The notes beneath the pieces are model-generated. The model saw only the letters and a program-made list of their open reading frames with translations, was not told the origin of the DNA and ran no database searches. The position numbers and the translations under genes are program-made. 64,000 bases of DNA. It comes from Klebsormidium nitens. Lineage: Eukaryota; Plantae; Klebsormidiophyceae. Shown piece after piece: positions 22,701 to 35,700 of this stretch (the first letter of the stretch is position 1; each line of letters begins with the position of its first letter). The stretch spans positions 1 to 64,000 of the forward strand of contig DF237257.1 of assembly GCA_000708835.1 (NCBI GenBank). Reading direction: 5' to 3'.

Positions 22701-25700
22701 ATCCTCAAAGGGTCTGAATCGATCCGCTTGCAAACGCCCAATATGTCCGAAGCGCACTTCACGTCGTTAGCCTACGTCACTAGGGATGTAAAGGAGTTCG
22801 CAAAATGGTTTCGAGGGTGTCAGGCGAAACTCCTGTTGGGCGGCCCTTCATGTTCGAATTGGGTAACCATCGAAAGATGGTCAGAACTCTGTGCTCCGAC
22901 CCTAAAATTTAAAGAGCGCATGCGCTTTTGCACGAATCTTCTCCATCACCAGACAGTACAGTTGCTTGAGGCCATTTTTCGCGAAGGCTTCGTTTCCAAA
23001 CTGCCTTGCAAACTTCTAGGAAGTGAATTGGACCGCTTGTTAAGGTTCGGGTTGACCACCTTGACAAGTGCTCCAAGCGACTGTACGATGAAGTCTCAAC
23101 ATTCAGTTGACCTACGGAATGATAATCGATTCCTGTGGAGATGCTCGTGGGCGGCCCTTCCCTACTTTTCGGCTGCCCTTTACGAGTTCCGAATTCAAAT
23201 CCCATTCCCACAGTCCGAAATCCGGATCCCCAGTGGAGCGGGTTGGTAAAGGACGACTCTCAGAAACTAACGAAACAAATCCACAAGCAGAACTTGCAAC
23301 CAAAGCACAGGCCCCGATCCTGCGAGCCCTACAGCTTATGGATGAGCTCCTATTGGCAAACTCGAAACCAAGCGGCTCCAGACCGCTGGACCTTCGAGAC
23401 CCCTCACCTTGCGCCAGCTCCATAACGTTCTCGTTCACCCCCTTTCTCTCCAGGTACGCTCGCATCGATTCGTCCGGTCTACTCTCGTCCTGCTCTGCCA
23501 TCTCGCCAAAGATCTCGTGCACGCGCTCGACGTCCGGGTTGTCCGAATCGGACGGCAGCCACCGGCGCTCGCGTCCGAAGTAGTAGCGGTCCGGGAAGGG
23601 ATACTCGCGCTGCTTGCACCCCATGGCGTCAACCAGCTTCTTGATGCTGGAGCTGTCGCCGCCGTGCAAGAACTCGGGGCCGACCTGCGGAAACAATAGG
23701 ATTTGAAATCTGGAATTTTTAGGGAATTGGTACGTTTGTAGTAGGTGGTAACCGGTCGAGATTGGTGGAGCCAATCGCGTTGCTTACACCCATGGCGTCG
23801 ATCAGCTTCATGATACTGGAGCTGTCGCCGCCGTGCAGGAACTCGGGGCCAACCTGCAGGATTAGGAGTGTACTGTTTAAGGGTTTCAGGGTGTAAGTGT
23901 TGAGTACGTCCAAAAGAGCGGCCCAAGAAGGGGTATTTGCGCTGCTTGCACCCCATGGCGCCGACCAGCTTCTTGATACTGGTGCTGTCGCCGTTTTGCA
24001 GAAAGTTGGGGCCTACCTGCAGTTTCGTGGATTGGTTTCGGATGCAGGAATCAGTTGCGGTCGAGGAAGGGGCAGTCGCACGGCTTGCACAGCTTAGAGC
24101 CTGCCAGCTAATCACTACTGAAGCCATTGCCGTGCCATGCCCTGATATATGATCACCTCGAGGTTCGCCCCGAGTAGTGTAAATCGACTGAAAACAGTAC
24201 AACCTCCAGATTGTATGGAAGTTTGCGGTCTGACGTGCACGGCGGTGCAGCCAAGAAACTCAAGAAGCAATCAGGCCTCAAGCATTAAGCCAACCTTTTT
24301 ACAGCAGAAGTTTTAGCTGCTTGGATTGGACAACTTCGTGATGCAGCCTCGCCTCACATGCAGAATCTTGGGGCCGACTGGGGATATTGCATCTTCAAAC
24401 TTTTTACACCTGTGTCTAATTTGGAGTTGTACCGCTTTCAAGGCCCCAAATATAGATGAAGAACAGGGCAAGGCTCTGAATCAGCGCCAAAGGCCAAGTG
24501 CATGAGAGTTTGGCCACCAGAAAGTCAGGAAGCGTGCTTGGGGCCTTAGAACCTATTTTTAGTTGTTTCAACGTGGCCAGATTGAGGAAAGACAGGATAT
24601 GAGAAGACGACTCAGAAGACAAAGGGACAAGTCGACAAGGAGACAAAGGACAGGTCTCTTTTTCCAAGATTGATCTCAGCTCGCTTGTTATCAATCTCTC
24701 AGCCGTGCTTGCCCAAATGCTTGGGAGTCAGAACCAGCGAACCTGATTAAACAACACATGCAATCCAATCAAATGACAGCATGCAATCCAAAGCTCCAGA
24801 AGCTTATCAGTGAGGGCTTCCTACCTCGACAGGCCAGGGCGCAATCCCGTTGATGCTTTTGACGCGCCCCCCAATGCGGCCACTTGCCTCCAGGACCACC
24901 ACCTTCAGTTCTGGAGCTTGCTGTCGCAGAGCCTGAAAGAGCCAAGTCATCATTTCCTTAGCTGTGGACCGAAAAGAATTGCTAGGTCAATCTGTTTACA
25001 AATTGAGCTCTTTTGTACCCTATTTGGGGGCTGATCAGATGTAGATGGCATAGTCAAAGAAAGGGGCAGTGGTATGAGGAAGGAGCTTGAGAGAAGTGTA
25101 CTAGATGGTCAAAGTGGGACTGTGAACAAAAGAGCTTATTCTATCTGGCTTATAAATGATGGTGCATTGTGTATCCAATATCTGGAGAACTTCCTCCAGC
25201 AATTGGAAATCATCGTCAAAACTTCAGACAAAAAATATCAAGCACTGCGGTATACTTCAGACGAACGAACCGAGATATTGCTTGGGAAGCTGCGATTAAT
25301 ATTGAATTTCTGTGGTGGTATGAGTTGAAATGCAGGCTCTAGCAAACCAGCTATTGAACATACTTTCAGAAAGCCACCTTCAAACAATATTTTGTTGGAG
25401 CTTTGACACTCACTCGTGCGAAAGATCGAGACTCGGCGCTTTCCTCTTGAAAACGAAGAAGACTCATTCAAGCACCCAAGGCCACTTTTCATTGCAAATC
25501 ATCGAGCAATATTGCTTTCTGCACTCTCAGCCTTTCTCTTTCTCACCTGTGCGGCCTGGAGCCCAGACACGCCAGCTCCAATGACGGCCACGTCGTACTT
25601 TGGCACCACCAGGTGGGCCACAGCCCGCCTATCAAAGTCAGTGCTGTCCATGAGGGGCTCATTACACTTCTCAACCACCACCATCATCATGGCCACCACG

Positions 25701-25711
25701 CCGTTAGACAA
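19749..25711 (-). CDS. Flavin-containing amine oxidase (polyamine oxidase / LSD1-type catalytic fold), 7 exons; start codon uncertain
   Basis: Exons (minus): about 25651/25711-25547, 24932-24825, 23684-23408, 22388-22237, 21758-21642, 21163-21068, 20426-19749. FAD motif VAVIGAGVSGLQAA, VVVLEASGRIGGRV, EVGPEFLHG, AIVTVPI, W..EPFIRGAYS, LFFAGEAT, ALDTGARAA. Confidence 0.9.
21181..21268 (-). repeat. 44-nt tandem duplication of the branch-point region before amine oxidase exon 6
   Basis: aataggaatagtaaggaaagaaacgagggccttcatttgatcaa followed by aatagggttagtaaggaaggaaacgagggtctccatttgacctt, 17 nt from the acceptor at 21164. Confidence 0.8.
22473..22635 (-). repeat. Two intronic copies of the acceptor and 5' end of amine oxidase exon 4
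   Basis: True exon cag|ccatctacgccaacgactttggctgctcgctggac (22388). Copies cag|ccacctacgccaacgactttgggtgctcgctagac (22505) and cag|ccatctatgccaacaactttgggtgctcgctggac (22628). Confidence 0.9.
23776..24025 (-). repeat. Two intronic copies of the acceptor and 5' end of amine oxidase exon 3
   Basis: True exon VGPEFLHGGDSSSIKKLVDAMGCKQR (23684). Copies VGPEFLHGGDSSSIMKLIDAMG (23853) and VGPNFLQNGDSTSIKKLVGAMGCKQRKYPF (24016), each preceded by ctgcag. Confidence 0.95.
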
Positions 25712-26783
25712 CTGCAGGCTGGTCGTTGTGCACCCTGCAGGGGCGTGTGCTGATCAAGCTCCAAATTAACGATCAAGAACGCCAGGCATCATCTGCATCA
25801 TGCAATGGCCAATGCAGAGATTCAGAAGTCACGCACAAACTTAGACAGACTTTGCAGGCATTGTTTGAATTTGAACTCTGAGACTGAAGGAAAATGGAAA
25901 GGCCCAGCTTCAGCTAGGCGCTGTGGTTCCAATGTTGCAAGAACTAGACCGATGCCAACACTGGGTACTATCCTTTACCGCAAACAGAGTGACCAAGCCC
26001 TTTCCTTCAATTCTAAACCCGTGCTTTGACCGGGTAGGTACATATCTATCGAATCCATAAAGAGTCATATTCATCAGATCACACCGACTCATGGTTAGGA
26101 AATAACTACATGGCCACAATGGAGATAACCATTATCAGGTCATGCAGTCTGTTTGGTGGATCATCATGTGCAAAGCCGCAAGCGTCAGACTGGTCCAGGC
26201 TGAGCCTGAATCTTGGGTTGATGTGGCAGGGCAAAATGGTGGACATCCGCTGTTAGGAATGAAGCTCAAGTCTGAGGAGGGACCATATTGCGGGGCGTTT
26301 CTGAACGGCCGAAGCATTCTCTTTGTATCTGCTTGTGGTCGAGCACCGCCGGGCTGACGCATAAACGGGCAAGGTAGGCCGTCGGCTAGCTTTGCCAATT
26401 GAAGGCCAAGACAAAATTTATATTTCCGTTGCCGGTGTTTTCGTGCTATTTCATGTGGTTCAGGAGGTTAACGATGCAGTAGGAGCTCGAAGAGTTTCTT
26501 TGTGTTGTGTCTGCTAGGTCGCAGCGTGCAGAATGCTTACAAGATCCAGATCTGAGAAAGCAGCGGGTTTAACACTTACCATGGCTTGGACTGCAAGTTC
26601 ACCGGATTGTCTGTGTGACTCATTTGGATGGGTTTATGATCCAGGAAGTTGTGTAGTGTGTTAGGTTGCTAATGACACCATCCTTTGCAGGTCAAACCTT
26701 CGGGCTGGCAGGTCTCGTCTCTAGGTCCTCGTCACAGATGTTAAGGGGTGTGTGAGTAAAGAAGCTTGGCGGGAGTGGAAGAA

Positions 26784-29700
26784 ATGGAGGTCGTTCCCGC
26801 AAAGGCTGTGGCTAGAGGGGTGGACAATGCGGACGAGCCGCGTGAGGGGGGGCAGGAGTCGGTAGTGGTGGAGAAGCGGGGCGGCCACGCCGCGTACTGC
26901 AAATGGACCATCGCTCAGTTTGGCAAGGTCAAGCAGCGCTCTCTGTGGAGCAGATATTTTGAAGTAGGCGGCTATGATTGCCGGCTGCTAGTCTACCCTA
27001 AGGGCGACTCCCAGGCCCTCCCAGGCTACGTCTCCATCTACCTCCAAGTTTGCGACCCCCGGGGCAACTCGGCGCGCTGGGACTGCTTCGCGAGTTACAG
27101 GCTGTGCGTGGTCAACTGCATAGACCCAGCCAAGTCCATCCAGCGGGACTCCTGGCACCGCTTCAGCGGCAAGAAGAAGAGCCACGGCTGGTGCGATTTT
27201 GCGCAGGCGTCGGTTCTGGTGGACCCCAGCCAGGGGTTTCTGGTCAGCGACGCCGTCCTGATCAGCGCAGAGATCCTGGTGCTCCACGAGTCTGTCTCCT
27301 TCTCCAGGGAGAATGAGCTCGCGCTCTCAGTTGGCCCCACGCCTGAGGTCCTGAGCGGCAAGTTTACATGGAAGGTGCACAACCTCTCTCTCTTCAAGGA
27401 GATGATCAAGACGCAGAAGATCATGAGCCCGGTCTTTCCCGCTGGGGAGTGCAATCTGCGCCTCAGCGTGTATCAGTCCTCCGTCGGGGGGGTGGACTAC
27501 CTCTCCATGTGCCTAGAAAGCAAGGACACGGAAAAGTCCGGTCAGGTCGAACGCAGCTGCTGGTGTCTCTTCCGGATGTCGGTTCTTAACCAGAAGGGGG
27601 GGTCAGGCCACATGCACCGGGACTCCTACGGCCGCTTTGCTGCGGACAACAAGAGCGGGGACAACACGTCGCTAGGCTGGAACGACTACATGCGGATGAA
27701 TGACTTCCTGAACCCTGAGACGGGGTTCCTGGTTGAGGACACGGCGGTGTTCAGCGCGTCGTTCCATATCATCAAGGAGTCGAGCAGCTTCTCCAAAAAC
27801 CTGTCGCCAGGGTTTGCTGGGGGGCGGGCCGGGGGCGGGTCGAAGAAGAGCGATGGTTTTCAGGGAAAGTTCCTGTGGCGGATTGAGAACTTCACCAAGC
27901 TGAAGGACCTGCTGAAGAAGCGCAAGATCACGGGCCTCTGCATCAAGAGCCGGCGCTTCCAAGTCGGGAACAGGGACTGCCGCCTGATTGTGTATCCCCG
28001 AGGTGGGGCGCCAGAATGTGGCACTCATTCTCCCCATCATTCTGAACTAGCAGCTTGAGAAGACACTGCTCTGGTGTGTGTGTGTGCATCACTTCCGGGT
28101 TTGGCTCTGAGCCTGTACCGGCATATTTGCCAAGGGTTTTTGCCGAGTGGTGGACATTTTGGCGGGAGGCACTGTCGTCTGTTGCATACGGCTGACAAGA
28201 ATGCCATTGTGTGCCTCTGTACTCAAAATGTTCTTTGAGGGGAAGGAATGGGACGTAGGGCCATTTCTTGCAGAAGAAAAATCATCTAAGTGGTGGTGTT
28301 CCCCAAATAGAATAAGTGCAATAATGTCGAATGACAAGGTTTGGTTCTCAATTCAGGACATCAACGACTTGAGATCAGCAAAGTCTCTGGTGTAACCTTA
28401 AAGAAAGGGGCCCAAAAGGCAGCTGGAACGCTTCATAGCAAGGTCTCCATGACAAGCAGTTGATGCAATTGCAGGAAGTAGTGATGTGCTCTCTTCAGGT
28501 TGCATTCTATCGTTGAGCAATGGATGTGGGCCATGCTTTGCTTTGACCTTCAATTCCCCTCTGTACACCTTTGTCAGCCCCTGCTTTGCCTTGGCCTGTA
28601 CATTGTTCCTTCTTCATCCCTCTGGTTGCAGTTGGGTTTTTTCTGCTTAGGTTTTGGTACTTTGCGTAGCTGAGTTTCCACGCTGATCCTTGTGCAACAA
28701 GTTGAGCGCCGGTTTGCAAGGAGATCATTGCTTTTGGATCCCAAATGATGTACAATCATTGGTACACTTGGTGGCACTCTCTGCAATTGAGTCAGGCATC
28801 CACAGGATGAGCTCAGAAATGCTGCCATGATATTCCCTAATCCTGACTTTGTATCAGACACTGCCGCAAACCAGTCTACTGTTGGTTTGGAAATCACTTT
28901 TCGTCGCTGCTTTTGTCGTATCGTAGTTTCTGGCAGGCGAATCTAGAGCGGCAAACTCATTCTTTGTCGCTGCTTTTCTCACATCATAGTCTAAGTTTCT
29001 GGCAGGCGAATTCAGTGGCGACAGCCTTCTTGCTCCCTTTTAAATGTTTTGTCCCTCTCTAACCACGCTGCCTCCTGGTTATAAACCTTTCCCTGCCGCG
29101 CCGTCTCTTTGCCCCTTCGTTTCTGACATGGTTTATCAACTTTGTGTCTCCCCTGCTTGTCTCGTTTTGTAGTACAGCATTCGATCATTCCCATGTGTTC
29201 CTCCAATTCACTGAATCTGTTCATTGAGTGTGTATCAATCCCTCCCCTCCCCCCTCATCGAATCAGCCACTTAAGCCCTCCCATCTTTATCTCTGCCTGT
29301 AAGCAAGTATTAGGCTTTCAAGCTCCTGTCCCATCCCTGTTAATGCCAATGCACGATCCAGTGTCCCTGCCATCAATCTGCTAAGTGAAGCACGCAGTCT
29401 CCTAACACCACACACAAAATTCTACGTTTCTCATGCTACTCCCTGGTCCATTCTGTATTGAACTTTTGTTGCTTCCATTTTCGACCCCATGCCAGTCGCA
29501 GCCCCCCAGGCACCTGTCCATGTTCAGAACACTAGATCACATTCAAGTCCGCTGCCAACTCAAGCACTCAGTTCTTCAACACCACCCAGTCCCATCCAGC
29601 TTTTTAACATCGACGATCATCTCCCTCGTCCCCCTTTTGCGACTCCAAGCCAGTCGCAGCCCCCCATGCACCTGTCCATCTTCAGGACACTGGATGACAT

Positions 29701-32700
29701 TCAGATCCGTTGCCAAATCACCCAATCCCATCCAGCTAATCACCGCTTTTGCAAATTGACTGATGAGTCCCTTTCCCCTCTTTTGCGACCCCAGGCCAGT
29801 CGCAGCCCCCCATGCATCTGTCCATGTTCCTGGAGGTCACCGACCCCCGCTCCGCCGGCATTGACTGGTCCTGCTTCGTCAGCCATCGCCTGTCGGTCGT
29901 CAACCAAAAGGCCGACGACCGGTCTGTCAACAAAGAGTCCCAGAACCGATACTCCAAGGCCGCAAAAGACTGGGGCTGGCGCGAGTTCATCACGCTCACC
30001 GCGCTCTTCGACCAAGACTCGGGGTTTCTGGTGAACGACACCGTGGTCTTCTCGGCCGAGGTACTGATTCTAAAGGAGACCGCGATCGCGTCGGAGCCTC
30101 CTCCCGATCTGGGGCTGCCTGCGCCGGGGGGGTGGGACGGCGGCCGGCCGGCGGTGCTGGGGTCGTACCGGGGGCTGTTCACGTGGCGCGTCGAGAACTT
30201 CCTGGCGTTCAAGGAGATCATGGAGACGCGCAAGATCTTCTCCAAGTTCTTCCAGGCCGGGGGGGTGGAGCTGCGGATCGGTGAGGGGCCAGCTTACTGC
30301 TTTGGAAAAGGTCCTACTTGTGTGGCCAAAGATTTTGGGAACGATGTGTCCCTGCACGCCAGTTCCGAGTGCGAAATGGTTTAGGTTGAGGAAAAGCGAC
30401 TTTAAACGGGCTGACGCAGTAGGGTTGTCTGACGCAAGAGCGATCCAGCATTCTGAAATCCTGGTTTCTCAACTCAGGACCGTTGGCCACTTCCCACGTC
30501 TGCTTCTTTATGTCCCTTCTGTTACAATATGTCGAAACAACAAAGCATCACGTGTCTGGTACGTGGAGCAACGAGTCTCATTCTAGTTTCCCCTCCCCAC
30601 CCCAGGCGTGTACGAGTCGTTTGACACGCTGTGCATCTACCTGGAGAGCGACGCGGCCACGGTGGCGGCGGACCTGGACCGCAACTACTGGGTGCGCTAC
30701 CGCATCGCGGTCATGAACCAGAAGCACCCGGAGCGGACCGTCTGGAAGGAGTCCTCCATCTGCACGCGCACCTGGAACAACAGCGTGCTGCAGTTCATGA
30801 AGGTGGGAAGCGGAGCTTTTGTGAATTGACATTGTTGCAGCGGGTCGAATGACTGGATGTAAGTCGTCTTTCAGGACCTAACGAAATCTTATGACATGCC
30901 AAAGCGGAGCATGGGTGGTCCGACTGCGTGTACGCAGCGTGTTATTGATTGCTTGTGATGCATCTTTTAAGATTCGCAGTATGTCATGCCAAAAAGAAAA
31001 AATCACGCCCGAAGACTGTGGTTTTTGTCTTGCTTTAGAGCCCAGGAATCTCGAGTTTCTTCTATCTTGTGTGTTTCCTGTTTCCCCAGCCGTACTTTCG
31101 TTGCCTTCCTTCCGTGCTTGTTTCCCCTTTCTTCCCAGGGCCCCAGACCTCGCTTACCATCGTCGCTTAGAAAGTCACTTCCTGTCCGCAGGTGTCCGAC
31201 ATGCTGGATCCGGACGCCGGATTCGTTGTTCGCGAGGCCGTCGTGTTCACGTGCGAGGTGCTGGACTGCTGCCCCTGGATGGAGTTTGCGGACCTTGAAG
31301 TGTTCCTGTCGGACGACGAGCCGGACGATGCGCTCAGCACGGATCCGGACGACTTCCTAGATTCGGACGACAGCGAGGACGGCTTCGAGGGGGACGACGA
31401 GGACCTGTTCCGGACGCTTCTTGCGAGGTATGCGGGCCTTCAGGGCGTTAGGGTAACGCTTTCGGGCCAACAAGGTTCTGTTTTGAACGATTTTGATGAA
31501 CTTCCTGGTCGTTCCTAACGGATATTGTTTTGGCGATAGTTCTGCTGTAGGCTGGCTTTGCCTGGGATTGAGGACTTGCATACGACCTGTACCCTAGCAT
31601 CTGGAATGGTCAGCTTGGGGAAGTTTGCTTAATAACTTCTGAGCGCCGGAAGTCTGATGAGCTGCGCATGTTGGGTGCCTGCAACAAGTCTGTGCTCTTT
31701 CCATTAAGTTCAGCAGATTGGATCCGAACGCGGGATAGCAAGGACACCGAGACGATGTAAGAAACGCAACGGTTGGAACAGCAATACACAAACCTCTTGG
31801 TCGCAGCTGCCTTTGGTTACGTGCTGACAATTTGTGCCGCCTTCCTCTACCTGGCAGGACCGGTTTCCACCTCGGGAACCCCTCCGACGGTCCCCCTGCG
31901 CTGCTGCTCGACCCGATGCAGCTCCAGGCTGCGCTCCAGGAGCGCCTCCTAATGGACCCGTCCTCAGTCGGCGCCTTCCTCACCGGGCTCCGGTTGTACC
32001 TCGACGAGCCGAACAAACTTAAGCGGCTGCTGATGCCCACCAAACTTCCGGGCATGCTCGGCAAGGGCCGGGGCGACGCCGGGGAGTATTCACACCCGTT
32101 CGCGGCGCCCAGCCTGATCGACCTGCTCATGGGTGTGAAGGTGCTCCAGCAGGACGTGCTGGACTTGCTGCTGGACATCATGGTCGTGTGCTGCACGCCG
32201 CAGCAGCGCGGGGGGGAGGAGTTCCGAGCGCCGCCGGAGGGGGGGGAGCCTCCGGTCGCAGAAGCGACCGAGCCGTGGCCGTTTTGGGCGGACCACAGGG
32301 GGCAGGTCACTGGAGGGGGGGAGGCGCCGAGCCATTCTCGGCATCATGGGGGGAGGGGAGTGCCGGATGCAGAGCCCCCCCAGCAGCTGCAGCACGTGCG
32401 GTTCGGGGGGGGTGAGGGCGGCGTCGTCGACGAAAGGTTCACAGTCCGAGGGGACTCGGAGTGCGTCCGGAGCGACGCAGCGAGGGCCGAGATGACGTCA
32501 TCGTCGATCGACCCCGGCCCGCCGGTTCTCAACAGCGGGCTGAAGCACGCCGCGGCCTCGCAACCGTCGGTTTCGGCGCCCAGAACGCCCCCCCGAGTGA
32601 ATACCCCTCCGCAGGCGTCGGATGCTTCTGCAGTCGAAAGCGTGACCCCCGACGACGTCAGCGAGTCATCGTCTCTGGACCCCTCCCACGCTGTTCCTGC

Positions 32701-35700
32701 GTCGGAGCTAGACGCGCCCCCAGAGCCTGATAGCGGGTCGGGGCCGTTACCAGCGCACGCCGAACCGTTACCGAACGTGCGGGGCGGGGGAGCGCACCAT
32801 CGAGTGCGGAGTAGTTGGCAGGAGGAGAGCGAGGAGCTGCTCGGGTTGATTGTGAACGCGCTGCGACAGCTGGACGGCATGATGCCGCACCACGCGGAGC
32901 TGGGAGAGCCGCAGGACAGCGGGCCGAGGCGGCCGCACTCGGCACAGAAAGTCGAGCTGGTAAGAACAATTTTAGAAGTCGCGAAAGGTTTTGCAACTTT
33001 TCTGCTCGTCTGATGACGTTGACGGAGTGGCAGTCGTTGCTTGAAGTCAGTCTGAGCTTCTGATGAGGTCTCTTCGGGTTTTCTTGTTTCAAAAGCAGCT
33101 GTTGGACTTGACTGGTCGGCAGTCCTTCACCGTCTGCTTCTCAAAGTCTCTCGACTACTCTCAAATCTCAAAAATTCTCCAAAAAAATCTGGGTAGAGTC
33201 TCAAGTCTTCTGACAAGCCTTTGTCCTATCCTGGAAAGAGTGCCCGTTCTCCAGGCAATCTGGCCAATGTAGCGGATGCGCCACACCAACAGTCTCATGA
33301 GATTGACTGGAAACCCGCAAGGATTTCGTCATACACGTCTTTTCTCATCGAAAGAAAGATCTCTGGAATGCTGTCTTAGAGAACTTCCCACTCCCCCCAG
33401 GTCTTGGATCGCGCGCCCCAGCACCTCCTCCCCGACCTCATCGCGCTCGCGCCCAAAATGGTGGACCGAGACGAGCACGTCGCAATCGCTGCGTCGCTCG
33501 TGGGCCGCCTGAGTAGTCCCGAGACGGACCTCAATCTGCGGCTGCCCCTCTTGGCGTCGGTCAGCCACCTGGAAGTGGGCGCAGAGGCGTGGGAACAGGT
33601 CTTGGCGCATGGGCTGGAGCTGATGCAGGTGAGAGTGCCGTGATTGTTCGGAACGTTCGATAAAGGATCGAGTGTAGGGGTCCGATTAAGGAACGGTTTC
33701 AGTCGGGAATAGGTTGCGGATCTCGGGAATTGCCGATATATCAAGGTTATTGGTTCTTCGTCCACCTGACAATTTTTCGATTTTCAACCGGAGGTTTGGC
33801 TGGTAAGGGTAACTAAGCGATTTGCGGACGGCCTTTTGCTTTTTGTGGAATGGCGCGTCAGTTCCAGGTCCGTGGGTTAAGACATAAGTTGCATTTTGGG
33901 CCACCAGGCTGATTCTTCATGGGGACTATCGAACAGTACCTGTTTCACCTGCTGACGATCACCGGCCACCTCGCAGGTCCTGAACGACGACGAGTCGCTC
34001 GCCGCGACCATCAGCTTCGTCCTCAAGGCCGCCGCCGATAGCGGCAACCTGCCCGCGGCCGCGTACGCGATCCGCACCAAGCTCAAGCGCCTCGGCCCCG
34101 CGATCCCCCCCCTCGTGCTCGACGTCATCCGGTCCACCGTCTGCCTCCGTGCTGACGTGGCATCCGCGCTGCTGCACGACGTCGACTCGGACGAGGAGCG
34201 CGCGTCGCTCGACAGCGTGAACGGCCGCGCCGCAGCCGCGGCCGCGCAGGCCGCGCACTCGATGATGTTCGGCGCGGACGTCTCCGGGGAGGTCATGTTC
34301 GCCGACGGGATGATCCCCGACATGGGCGGCGGGATGTTCGGCGGCGACCCAGGGGCCGCCCTCGCGGCCGCGCAGGCGACCGCCGCCGCCTGCTGGCGCA
34401 TCGCGGATGTCGACATCCTCGTGGAAATGCTCACGGTCCCCGCGCTCCGGCTCGAAGCGCAGCGGGTGTTTGAGAGCGCGATCTCGCGGGGGGTGTTTGG
34501 GGATCAGGCGGTCGCGGTGGTTTTGGAACGGCGGCGGTCGCAGCGACTGATTTTGGACCTGAGGCTGAGTGTGGCGCCCCCGGTGGGGGGGTCCGACGGG
34601 CAGGTGGGCGCCCCCCCCGAGGACGACGATTTTCCGGCTGTGCTGGCGCTCGCGGAGGCTCTGGCCGCGAGCAAGGACGTGCGGGCACGGGAGTACGTCA
34701 GCACGCTATACTCGATCATGTTCAAGGTGAGGAGGGCGTGCGGATCGTAAGAAAAGAAGAGTCGCTGTATTTGCCGGATTTGGCTGCTTCCAGTGAACAG
34801 CGATCCGGCTTTGTGCTTCGCTGCTCATGCCAACGGTTGCAACTGACGCTGTCGTCAAGAGGTCATGCCTGCATCTTCAGATGCAACCGAGAAATCAATT
34901 TTTCAACGCAGACCTTTGGCTGTACACGGATGTAATATCGACGCAATTTTGACCGTCATGAGTAGGTCGTTTGAAGCACTTTCTTCTACTGCTTCTGACC
35001 AACACTTTGCTCACGTGCTAAACTTTCCTTCCCCCGCAGGTGTACGGGGACGAGAGTTCCCGTGAGCGCATGCTGCGTGGCATCGTGGACCGCGCATGCA
35101 GCAGCTGTCGGGAGAGCGGGAAGCCGTCGCTGGACTCGGACCTCGGTTTGGACGTCCTGTCGTTTGTTGTCCGGGAGGAAGACGGGGCTGCTCAGCCCGC
35201 CTTGACAATGCTAAGGTTCGTTTGTTGTTCCCCGTTCGGGTCTGGTCGCTTCCTGGACCTCCTCACAAAGGTGTTCTTTTGAATTGACAAGACAGACCAT
35301 GGGACTTTCGAAAGCTCAAAAGCGCTGTCGGATATACAGGATGTAGTTCCGTGACGTCCAGAATTTGACATTCTGGAGCGACATCCTACATATCCAACGC
35401 AAAGTGCAAGGAATGCAGATTTGGCCAACTCCGGTCAAAGTGTCCGATGTTCTAACTTCAGCTCAACTGTGAATTGCAATCGTCTGGCTAGGGCTTTGTT
35501 TCACAGCTCACCCTCTGATTGACAAGGAATGTGGTAACCGTTGGCTAACGACGCCTCGTCACTCTACGCAGGCAAGCGGTGGAGGGCGCCTACGCAGAGC
35601 GAGCCGCGGTGGCGCGACAGCTGGCAACTACGGAGGAAGAGCTCGGCAAGCTGAAGGCGAACAAGGCGGGGGAGATCCTGCGCTTGACCAAGGAGAGGGC

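Noticed and set aside
22728-23249. 173-aa plus-strand ORF nested in an amine oxidase intron
   Set aside because: No motif, intron-like composition, and no supporting splice structure.
22388-24025. Regularly spaced direct repeats as a CRISPR-like array
   Set aside because: The repeats are copies of eukaryotic exon starts with splice acceptors, variable in length, non-palindromic, and there are no cas genes.
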